From Nanobdellati archaeon (lineage in GTDB: Archaea > EX4484-52 > JAADEF01): DNA of 32,889 bases. The DNA is taken from assembly GCA_015520895.1 (NCBI GenBank), contig WAPH01000016.1:1-32889 (forward strand). The letters run 5' to 3'. The notes below the pieces were generated by a model that did not search any database, was not told the DNA's origin, and worked only from the letters and a program-made list of their open reading frames with translations. Shown here piece by piece: positions 24,867 through 32,793 of this stretch (positions are counted from its first letter, which is position 1; the number at the start of each line of letters is the position of its first letter). Made by a program: the position numbers and the translations under genes.

Positions 24867-24987
24867 GGGGCGGTAGCTCAGCCTGGGAGAGCGCCAGACT
24901 GAAGATACCTGTATCGGTAGGCGCAACAAATAAAGAGAGCGCTTATCAGATATCTGGTTGTCGCGCGTTCGAATCGCGCCCGCCCCA
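24867..24987 (+). tRNA. tRNA-Phe (anticodon GAA) with a 47-nt intron (24905-24951) at the canonical 37/38 position; no encoded CCA
   Basis: Hand-folded cloverleaf:
- Acceptor stem GGGGCGG/CCGCCCC.
- D arm GCTC-AGCCTGGGA-GAGC.
- Anticodon stem CCAGA/TCTGG.
- Anticodon loop CU-GAA-G|intron|A.
- Variable loop TTGTC.
- T arm GCGCG-TTCGAAT-CGCGC.
- Discriminator A.
This is a GC-rich island in AT-rich DNA. A TATA-like ttttaaaaaa lies about 30 nt upstream. Confidence 0.9.
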
Positions 24988-25010
24988 TAAAATAATGGTT
25001 AGGTGATTTG

Positions 25011-25445
25011 ATGGGTGTTGTGAGTTCTAACTTTTATGAAATTTCTGTGAAAAAGAAAAAACCTATGACTGGCAGGGTAAACGTAGAGAATAAGCCTAAA
25101 ATAACAGATGTTAAGGCAACTAAGATCGTGGCAAGTTTTGCAGGAGATGCAAAAGTTCCCGGGATTATAGTAGATTTTGAGTATCTTACTGAATACAAGC
25201 AAGATAAAGATGTTTTAGCTGAGATTCTTTTGAAAGGAAGTATTCTTTATGCAGTGAAGGATGAAAAGGAAGCTGAAAAGTTAGAGAAACACTTTAAAGA
25301 AAATAAAAAGTTAGATGAAGATGTGGAAATAGTTGTTCTTAATCATATTCTAAATAAAGGTACTCTATTGGCTTTGGATTTATCACAAAAGGTAGAGTTG
25401 CCACCAGTAATAAATATGCCTCGGATAGTAAGGAGGGGTAAATAA
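25011..25445 (+). CDS. Hypothetical protein (about 144 aa), possibly a SecB-like fold; function unknown
   Basis: AGGTGA at 25001-25006 precedes the ATG at 25011 (a TTG lies at 25008). The only by-eye hint is a beta-rich region followed by ...LALDLSQKVELPPVINMPRI, reminiscent of SecB-like proteins. TAATG overlap with the next gene. Confidence 0.5.
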   Translation: MGVVSSNFYEISVKKKKPMTGRVNVENKPKITDVKATKIVASFAGDAKVPGIIVDFEYLTEYKQDKDVLAEILLKGSILYAVKDEKEAEKLEKHFKENKKLDEDVEIVVLNHILNKGTLLALDLSQKVELPPVINMPRIVRRGK

Positions 25446-26632
25446 TGCAGACCTTACTTTTCGGAGACAATTTTTGGAGTATGCTTTTATTTATTTTATT
25501 CTTTTTCCTATATCCTCGCATTTATATGATGCAGATAATTTGGAAGTTGGAAAGTGATTTAAAGGAACTAGAATATTATTACCTCTCAGCTAAAAGGTTG
25601 TTCTTGAAAAATGTTAAATTGAAAAAGGCAAAATATAAGCAAGCTGTAAATAATTTTCTAGAATTTGTTATTGCTTTCCCTGTGGATATAGAACCTACTA
25701 ATTTGGTGAGAAAGATAGAGCATATATTGAACAGATATGAGAATAGGTTTACTTATTTTATTGATAGAGTGAGTGGCTTAAGAGACGAAGAAGAAAAAAA
25801 GAATGCAAAGTATGCTTTAATAAGCGCTACTGGATTATACCAACTCTATAAGATATTGAGGCATTATATTATTACTATTAAAAAAACGAATAATTTACAA
25901 TTGGCTTTGATTTTGCAGATGACTATGCCTATGATTACAAAGATAGCCAAAGCAAATATGAGAGCTACCGAAGCATTTGCTAAGGGCATACCTATAGGAG
26001 ACGGAATTGGACCTATGGTAGCTGCAAAACTTAAAACAAAAGAAGGTAAGGAGATTGCTAAAGAAGTAGTTATAAGTAAAGAGAAGTTTGCTGACAGAGA
26101 TGTATATGTTATGAAAGCCATGGGCCCTGGTGCTGCATTAGGCAAGTTAGGTGATGCTGTTGAAAAAGCCGTTAAGACGTATAAAATTAACCACATCATT
26201 ACAGTAGATGCTGCTGCTAAACTTGAAGGTGAAAAAACAGGTAGTGTGGCTCAAGGAGTTGGGGTTATGATGGGGGGTATAGGAGTAGAGAGACATAAGA
26301 TAGAGGAACTAGCTATAAAATATGATATTCCTTTAGATGGTGTTATTATTAAAATGTCGCCTGAGGAGGCAAGCATTCATATGAAACCAGAAATATATAA
26401 AGCAGCTGACAAGGCCATTAAAGAATTACGATCTTTAATGGACTTAATACCAAAGAATGAGAAAGTATTAATTATAGGTGTGGGAAATACTTGTGGCGTA
26501 GGTAATAAAGTTAAGGATCTGAGCAAAACAGAAGATGTGTTAAAAAAGACGTGGAGAAGATTGAAAAAAGACAAAGAATGGGAAGATTATTTTGAAAAGG
26601 ACTCTTCAAAGAAAAAGAGATGGAGATTATGA
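25445..26632 (+). CDS. Archaeal membrane-anchored protein resembling DUF1512 (from memory); function unknown
   Basis: N-terminal TM segment (FWSMLLFILFFFLYPRIYMMQI), a helical middle, and a conserved-looking Gly-rich C-terminal domain (GIPIGDGIGPMVAAKL ... MGPGAALGKLGD ... VDAAAKLEGEKTGSVAQGVGVMMGGIGVE ... IIGVGNTCGVGN). Confidence 0.5.
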   Translation: MQTLLFGDNFWSMLLFILFFFLYPRIYMMQIIWKLESDLKELEYYYLSAKRLFLKNVKLKKAKYKQAVNNFLEFVIAFPVDIEPTNLVRKIEHILNRYENRFTYFIDRVSGLRDEEEKKNAKYALISATGLYQLYKILRHYIITIKKTNNLQLALILQMTMPMITKIAKANMRATEAFAKGIPIGDGIGPMVAAKLKTKEGKEIAKEVVISKEKFADRDVYVMKAMGPGAALGKLGDAVEKAVKTYKINHIITVDAAAKLEGEKTGSVAQGVGVMMGGIGVERHKIEELAIKYDIPLDGVIIKMSPEEASIHMKPEIYKAADKAIKELRSLMDLIPKNEKVLIIGVGNTCGVGNKVKDLSKTEDVLKKTWRRLKKDKEWEDYFEKDSSKKKRWRL

Positions 26633-27240
26633 GTATTTTAAGCGATAGGGATATTAAGGAAAGAATAAAAGAAGGGAGTATTGTAATAGAACCCTTAGAT
26701 TTAGATGAGCAATTGGGGCCAAGTTCTTTAGATTTAAGATTAGGAAATAAGTTTAGGGTGTTTAAGCATGCTCATGTGGATATCATAGATCCAAAAAATT
26801 ATGATGATTCTTTACTGAGAGAATATGTGTTACAAAGAGGAAAAGTGAAGGTTCAAGAATATACTTATACAACATTATATATAAGTGATGAACCTTTTAT
26901 TATACATCCTGGTGAATTTGTTTTAGCATCTACCTTAGAAAGGGTTAAGATACCTTATGACATAACTGCGAGATTAGAGGGAAGAAGTAGTTTAGGAAGA
27001 CTGGGATTGTTAGTTCATGTTACTGCAGGATACATAGATCCGGGATTTGAAGGCAATATCACTTTAGAATTAGGGAATGTAGGTAAATTGCCATTGAAAC
27101 TTTATCCTGGTATGAGAATATGCCAACTTGTTTTTGAGAGTATGACTTCTCCTACTACTATGCCTTATAATAAAAGAGAAAAAAGCAAATATAAGGATGA
27201 GAAAGGCGCTACTTCTAGCAGAATAAGCAAAGATTTCTAA
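26629..27240 (+). CDS. dcd: dCTP deaminase (Dcd; dUTPase-fold trimer family)
   Basis: MSILSDRDIK, GPSSLDLRLG, HPGEFVLASTLE, LEGRSSLGRLGLLVHVTAGYIDPGFEGNITLEL, PGMRICQLVF. ATGA overlap with the upstream stop; the alternative start is 26620. Confidence 0.88.
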   Translation: MSILSDRDIKERIKEGSIVIEPLDLDEQLGPSSLDLRLGNKFRVFKHAHVDIIDPKNYDDSLLREYVLQRGKVKVQEYTYTTLYISDEPFIIHPGEFVLASTLERVKIPYDITARLEGRSSLGRLGLLVHVTAGYIDPGFEGNITLELGNVGKLPLKLYPGMRICQLVFESMTSPTTMPYNKREKSKYKDEKGATSSRISKDF

Positions 27241-27265
27241 AAGTTTTTAATTATATATATTAGTT

Positions 27266-30200
27266 ATGCAAGCTGTTTATGAACATCTTTGTCCTGTTTG
27301 TGGAGGACCACTAACCTTTGAAGAAATTAAGAAAGGCATATGTTTTAAAAAATCTTTACCCCTTGATGCTTTTTATAAGGTTAAAGGTCTTGAAGAATTT
27401 GAGCAATTTTTTGGAAGAAAGTTAAGAGCTTTGCAAAGAGTTTGGGCTAATCGTGTATTGAGGCACGAAAGTTTTGCTATAGAAGCACCTACAGGTACAG
27501 GCAAAAGTAGTTTCGGTATTGCAATGGCAGAGTTTTTAGCTATGAAGGGTAAGAAGTGTTATATCTTAGTTCCTACTACTAATTTAGTAAAGCAGGCGTA
27601 TGATAAGATTAAGAATAAAAGTAAAGTTATTGTTTTTCATAAAGATTTAAAGAATAAAGATGAAGTGTTAGATAAAATAAAAAAGGGAGATTTTAGCATA
27701 CTTATTACTACTGCTGCTTTTTTAACTAAGCATTTTGATAAATTAGAAGGTAATGTTTTTGACTATATTTTTGTGGATGACTTGGATGCTGTTTTAAAAG
27801 CGTCTAGAAATATTAATAAAATCTTATTTCTTTTGGGTTATACTTTTAAAGATTTGAGAAGATCACAAGAGGAGCTTGAGAAAATAAGAAAGTGGAAAGG
27901 TATTTTAGTTATAGCTACGGCCACCTCTAAACCAGGAAAATCAACTCAATTATTAAGACAAGTTTTAGGTATTGATGCTAGTTCTTCTAAACATTCACTT
28001 CGTAATATAGAAGATTATTTGCTTCCTTCTCAGCATAAGGAAGAAAATTTGATAAATGTAATTAAGAAGTTAGAAGATGGCATAATTGTTTTCACAAATA
28101 CAGAGGATGAAGCTAACAATTTGGTAAAAATGCTTAAAGATCGCGGCTTCAAAGTGGGAAATGCAGAACATATAGATTTATTTAAGGAAAAGGAATTAAA
28201 TATTCTAGTAGGGGTAAGTGCGCCTTATGGAAAATTGGTTAGAGGATTAGATTTGCCAACGCGGGTTAAGTATGCAGTTTTCTATGAAGCACCCGTATTT
28301 CGCATAAAATTAAAGGAAGAGATAAGTGATAACTTAGTTAAAGTTTTGTTAAGTGTGTTTCGTAATCATGAAACTATTTCTAAACAATATTATGCTCTCT
28401 TACAGGATATCAATAAAGCAAGGGAAATTATAAAAGAAATACTTAATGATAAAAACTTCAAAGAGTATGCAATTAAAGGAGTAGTTATTAAAGATGAAGA
28501 GATACTTATACCTGATATAAAAACTTATATTCAAGCCTCAGGGAGAACTTCAAGAATGTACAGTAAAGGATTAACAAAAGGATTAAGTGTGGTTATAGAT
28601 GAAGAGGAAATTTTAGATGCATTCGCTATAAGGGCTAGTTTTTACGATATTGATTTTAAGAAATGGGATGAAAAAGAGATACTATTAATAAAAAAGGAGA
28701 TAGAAAAGGAAAGAGAAAGTATGTTAGCGAAAGGATGTGCGGAAGAGGAGTTAATCATACCGGCTTTAATGGTGGTAGAATCTCCTACTAAGGCCAAGCA
28801 AATTAGCAGATTTTTTGGAAAACCAGCTATTAAGATTAAAAATGGACAAGTTTTTTATGAAATTTTCAATGGCAAGTATGTGCTTACAATTACTGCATCT
28901 TTGGGTCATGTGGTCGACCTAATCACTCGTAACTATTATCACGGAGTTGAAGTAGATTTATCTTCTAAGAGTGTTGTACCTCATTATGATTCTATAAAGA
29001 AGTGTGCTTCTAGCGGTATCCAGTTTGTAGATGAAAATAAACAATGTGACGATCTTTTTGATTCTAAGAATATAATAGAGAATGTAAGGCAAGTAGCATA
29101 TGAAGAAGGATGGGTTATTATTGCTACAGATCCTGATACTGAAGGAGAAAAAATAGCATGGGACATTTCTAACTTAGCGGGGTTTTCCAAAGTTGCAAGA
29201 GCTGAATTTCATGAAATTACCAAAAATGCTGTGATTCACGCGTTGAATAACTTAAGGGAAATTAAACAATCTCAAGTGGATGCTCAAATTGTTAGAAGAG
29301 TAGAGGATAGATGGATAGGGTTTGAGTTGAGCAAAAAAGTACAGGAGTATTTTAAAAGGTCTGGACTTTCTGCTGGTCGCGTTCAAACGCCTGTTTTAGG
29401 GTGGATTATTGAGGCATATGATAAAAGTAAAGAAAAAAAGAAGGAGTGTATATTACATATAAATGATAAAAAAGTGATTATAGAAGAGAATTGTAATTAC
29501 ACAGATAAAGTAAAGGTAAAAGTTAAGGTTGTGAAAGAAAGAAAAGAAGAAATGATGCCCTTGCCTCCTTACACTACTGATGAGGTTCTTAAAGATGCTA
29601 ATAAAATACTTAAACTTTCTGCAACCGACGCTATGAATTCTTTACAAAAGTTATTTGAAAATGGTTTAATAACTTATCATAGAACAGACTCTACTCGTGT
29701 ATCAGATAAAGGACTTGATGTTGCAAAAATGTTTTTGGGTGATAAAGCAGTATTAAGGAGATGGGAATATGGAGAAGAGGGAGCACATGAATGTATAAGA
29801 CCTACCAAACCTTTAACTAAACAAGATGTTTTAACTATGATAGAACAAGGTATTTTAAGAGTCTCTGACACACTATCTTCTAAGGATTTAGCTTTATATG
29901 ATCTTATATTTAGAAGGTTCATGGCTTCTCAATCACCCAAGATTCTAGTTACTAGGGTTGTTTATGCTTTTAATGTTGATGGTAAAATGTTTGAAAAAGA
30001 GGAAATAAGAAGATATGAAGGAAGAGCTTATGAACTTTATCCTTATTTAGGATTCCCTTTAGACTTGAAAGAAGGAGAATATGACGGAAGAATAGAGACA
30101 AGATGGGTTCCTAAATATTATCCTTTAACACAAGCAGATGCTATTAGATTAATGAAAGAGAGGGGTATTGGTAGACCTAGTACTTACGCAACTATTCTTT

Positions 30201-30442
30201 CTAAATTATTAAAGCGCAGGTATGTTGTTGAGAAAGGAAGATTCTTAATACCTACAAGTTTAGGGAGAAAAGTTTATAATTTTCTTATGAATAACTATGA
30301 AGAGTATGTTAGCGAATCCACTACTAGAAAAATATACGAGATCATGGATAAGGTAGAACAAGGAGAATTAGAAGGCAACATGGTGCTTATAGATTTATAC
30401 AAGAAAATTAAAGCAATAACTTATCCTTCTAAAATTATATAA
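27266..30442 (+). CDS. rgy: Reverse gyrase (fused SF2 helicase-like and type IA topoisomerase domains)
   Basis: N-terminal CPVCGG finger remnant. Helicase motifs APTGTGKS, FVDDLD, ATATS, QASGRTSR. Toprim VVESPTKAK and ATDPDTEGEKIAW. Active-site Tyr context GLITYHRTDS. GIGRPSTYA. Confidence 0.92.
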   Translation: MQAVYEHLCPVCGGPLTFEEIKKGICFKKSLPLDAFYKVKGLEEFEQFFGRKLRALQRVWANRVLRHESFAIEAPTGTGKSSFGIAMAEFLAMKGKKCYILVPTTNLVKQAYDKIKNKSKVIVFHKDLKNKDEVLDKIKKGDFSILITTAAFLTKHFDKLEGNVFDYIFVDDLDAVLKASRNINKILFLLGYTFKDLRRSQEELEKIRKWKGILVIATATSKPGKSTQLLRQVLGIDASSSKHSLRNIEDYLLPSQHKEENLINVIKKLEDGIIVFTNTEDEANNLVKMLKDRGFKVGNAEHIDLFKEKELNILVGVSAPYGKLVRGLDLPTRVKYAVFYEAPVFRIKLKEEISDNLVKVLLSVFRNHETISKQYYALLQDINKAREIIKEILNDKNFKEYAIKGVVIKDEEILIPDIKTYIQASGRTSRMYSKGLTKGLSVVIDEEEILDAFAIRASFYDIDFKKWDEKEILLIKKEIEKERESMLAKGCAEEELIIPALMVVESPTKAKQISRFFGKPAIKIKNGQVFYEIFNGKYVLTITASLGHVVDLITRNYYHGVEVDLSSKSVVPHYDSIKKCASSGIQFVDENKQCDDLFDSKNIIENVRQVAYEEGWVIIATDPDTEGEKIAWDISNLAGFSKVARAEFHEITKNAVIHALNNLREIKQSQVDAQIVRRVEDRWIGFELSKKVQEYFKRSGLSAGRVQTPVLGWIIEAYDKSKEKKKECILHINDKKVIIEENCNYTDKVKVKVKVVKERKEEMMPLPPYTTDEVLKDANKILKLSATDAMNSLQKLFENGLITYHRTDSTRVSDKGLDVAKMFLGDKAVLRRWEYGEEGAHECIRPTKPLTKQDVLTMIEQGILRVSDTLSSKDLALYDLIFRRFMASQSPKILVTRVVYAFNVDGKMFEKEEIRRYEGRAYELYPYLGFPLDLKEGEYDGRIETRWVPKYYPLTQADAIRLMKERGIGRPSTYATILSKLLKRRYVVEKGRFLIPTSLGRKVYNFLMNNYEEYVSESTTRKIYEIMDKVEQGELEGNMVLIDLYKKIKAITYPSKII

Positions 30443-31217
30443 GGTTTTTTATGTCTTTTATGTCATATGAGAAATATTTTGGTTTTTCAGAAGGTTTTAG
30501 TTTTTTGATCATATCATGCACATGAGGATGAATAAGATAAGCATCAATACTTAGGAGTTGAGCAAAAGAAATATCAGAAAGGTTATTTGTTACTAAAATA
30601 GAAGAGGAAGGATAAAGGGCATAATTACTAAGTAAAGCATCTTTGAAGAACAAACTTGGTTTTCCTACAAATACTTTATTATATTTACCACATTCTTTTA
30701 AATAAGACAAGACAGGTAGAGTTATGGGAAATATTTCTTCTCCTATCTTCCAAAATATGGCATTATCTAAATGGTAAACTGTAGGTTTTTCTTCATCTTT
30801 ACTTAATGATATTCTTAAGCACGCTCCTCTCAATTTTTCATAGGTTAAAGTTCTATCTATTCCTATGACAATATGTTTAGAATTTTTACTTATTTCTATT
30901 CCTTCTTTCTCTAATTCTTTTAATAGGCCGTATTCCCCGATGAGGTATATTTTGTTTATGTTTTGTGATTTAAGCAAATGTATAAGAGCATCTGTGGAGG
31001 TAAATAAGTTTTTATCTTCGATATCTTCTAAGCCTTTTTCATATAATTTTTTTATGAATTGGCTTTTTGAATATGCAGAGTTATTGCTTAAAAGTATTAC
31101 TTTTTTATCTTCTGCTTTAAGATGTTCAAATATGTTAATGAATTGATCATTGAGATCTCTCCAATTCCATATAAAGCCATCAAGATTAAAAAGCCAAGTA
31201 GTGTATTTAAGCACCAT
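30435..31217 (-). CDS. HAD superfamily subfamily IIA (NagD-like) protein with substituted catalytic motifs
   Basis: The layout matches HAD-IIA: motif I region LFNLDGFIW (usually fDlDG), motif II LLSNNS, motif III VGKPS, motif IV region ILVTNNLSDI (usually VGDrldTDI). Confidence 0.65.
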   Translation of the reverse strand: MVLKYTTWLFNLDGFIWNWRDLNDQFINIFEHLKAEDKKVILLSNNSAYSKSQFIKKLYEKGLEDIEDKNLFTSTDALIHLLKSQNINKIYLIGEYGLLKELEKEGIEISKNSKHIVIGIDRTLTYEKLRGACLRISLSKDEEKPTVYHLDNAIFWKIGEEIFPITLPVLSYLKECGKYNKVFVGKPSLFFKDALLSNYALYPSSSILVTNNLSDISFAQLLSIDAYLIHPHVHDMIKKLKPSEKPKYFSYDIKDIKNLI

Positions 31218-31279
31218 ATTTATGAGAAGTATTAAAAATTATTTAAAGTTTAGTGAAAAACTAAAATTAAGGTGAAAAT

Positions 31280-32032
31280 ATGATGAACTTACAATTTATT
31301 AGCATAGGTGCTTTTAAAGATATGCTTGATGCGTTACATGCTTTACTTACAGAAGGTACATTTGTTATTAATGATAAAGGTATTTCTTTTAAGGCAACTG
31401 ATCCTACTATGGTCACTTTAGTTGAATTGTTCTACGGAAAGGATAATTTTAACATTTATGAAGTAGAAGGAGAAGTTTATTTAACCTTAAACATTGATCT
31501 GTTAAGACAAAGTTTGAAAAAAACTAAAAGCACAGACAAGGTTAGTTTTGTAATTGATAAGGAGAATATTAATAGGCTCAATGTAATAATAGAAGGAAAA
31601 CATATTAAAAAGTTCGTATTACCTATTTTAGAAAGTGAGATAAAAGAAATACCCGAACTTAATTTAGAATTTAAAGGAGAGGCAGAGATACTTTCTAGTT
31701 TATTTGCTGAAACTGTGGAAGATGCATCTCATATTTCAGATGTTTTGGCTTTTAAGTTTAATTCTGACGAGTTAGTGATGGAAGCGGAAAGTGAATTAAC
31801 TTCTTTAAGCGCTCGATTTTCTAAAGATGTTGAAGGAGTTATAGATATAAAAGCGGAAGGAGAAGTAGTTGCTAAGTATTCTATAGATTATCTTAAAAAA
31901 ATAATTAAAGCTAAAAAGATTTCGCCTACGGTTAAGATATCTATAAATCAAGATGCTCCTGCAAGATTTGATTTTAGGGATAGCGATGACTTATGGATGT
32001 ATTATGTTTTAGCTCCACGAGTTGAGGAGTAA
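31280..32032 (+). CDS. pcn: DNA polymerase sliding clamp PCNA
   Basis: 250 aa. AFKDMLDALHALLTEGTFVINDKGISFKATDPTMVTLVEL, a two-domain repeat pattern, and a C-terminal APRVEE tail typical of archaeal PCNA. Confidence 0.85.
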   Translation: MMNLQFISIGAFKDMLDALHALLTEGTFVINDKGISFKATDPTMVTLVELFYGKDNFNIYEVEGEVYLTLNIDLLRQSLKKTKSTDKVSFVIDKENINRLNVIIEGKHIKKFVLPILESEIKEIPELNLEFKGEAEILSSLFAETVEDASHISDVLAFKFNSDELVMEAESELTSLSARFSKDVEGVIDIKAEGEVVAKYSIDYLKKIIKAKKISPTVKISINQDAPARFDFRDSDDLWMYYVLAPRVEE

Positions 32033-32033
32033 A

Positions 32034-32735
32034 ATGCTGTGGTTAATAGGATGCGGAATATGGGAACCAAAGGATATGTCTTTAAAAGCATACGAAATTC
32101 TTAAAACTGCCGATAAAGTATATTTAGAGGATTATACTTCTAAAACAGCAATAACTAAGAATTCTTTAGAAGAGTTGTTACATAGAGATGTTATAAGTTT
32201 AAATCGAGAAAAAGTGGAGAACTATAACTGGTTATTAGAAGAAGCAAACTCTAAAAATATTGCTTTAGTTATTAAAGGCGACGTTTTTGCAGCGACCACT
32301 CATTATTCTATATATCTTGCCAGTCAAAAGAAAGGTATAGAAGTTGAGGTAATTCATGGTTCTAGTGTTTTTACAGCCGTAGGTAAAGTAGGATTGTCTC
32401 TTTATCGTTATGGTATGGTTGTGTCTTTGCCGCATCCTAGCCTATTTCCTACCTATCCTACTAGTCCTTTTGAAAAAATAAAGAAGAATCTTAAAAACGA
32501 GATGCATACTTTGGTGCTTTTAGATATAGGTATGAAAGCAATAGAGGGTTTGAATTTGTTGGAAAAGTATTTGGGCAATGTGAAAATTGTGGTGTGTTAT
32601 GGTTTGGGAAGCAAGAATGAAAAAATATTTAAAGGTACTATTAAAGATCTAAAAAGAAGAGTGATGTACTTAGATGATAAAGCTACTTGTTTTGTTGTTC
32701 CTGCTAAAAGATTAGAGTTTTATGAAACATTGTAG
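32034..32735 (+). CDS. dphB: Diphthine synthase (Dph5/DphB, tetrapyrrole-methylase fold)
   Basis: MLWLIGCGIWEPKDMSLKAYEILKTADKVYLEDYTS and VIKGDVFAATTH resemble archaeal DphB. GAGGAG lies 6 nt before the ATG at 32034. The ORF track's TTG start is 32022. Confidence 0.8.
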   Translation: MLWLIGCGIWEPKDMSLKAYEILKTADKVYLEDYTSKTAITKNSLEELLHRDVISLNREKVENYNWLLEEANSKNIALVIKGDVFAATTHYSIYLASQKKGIEVEVIHGSSVFTAVGKVGLSLYRYGMVVSLPHPSLFPTYPTSPFEKIKKNLKNEMHTLVLLDIGMKAIEGLNLLEKYLGNVKIVVCYGLGSKNEKIFKGTIKDLKRRVMYLDDKATCFVVPAKRLEFYETL

Positions 32736-32750
32736 TTGCGTTAACTATAA

Positions 32751-32793
32751 ATAATTTCTCTGCCCTAATTTCTCTATGGCAGAGAAATTATTC
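32751..32793. repeat. Perfect 15-bp inverted repeat (13-nt spacer) spanning the start codon of the downstream ORF
   Basis: AATAATTTCTCTGCC (32751-32765) and GGCAGAGAAATTATT (32779-32793) are exact reverse complements. The spacer contains a second copy of TAATTTCTCT (32767-32776; first copy at 32753-32762). Confidence 0.8.

Noticed and set aside
27241-27265. Independent TATA promoter for reverse gyrase in the 25-nt gap after dcd (ttaattatatatatta).
   Set aside because: The TATA-like tract is centred only about 12 nt from the ATG. That is too close for the usual spacing of about 25-30 nt, so co-transcription with dcd or an upstream internal promoter is equally likely. It is not annotated as a feature.
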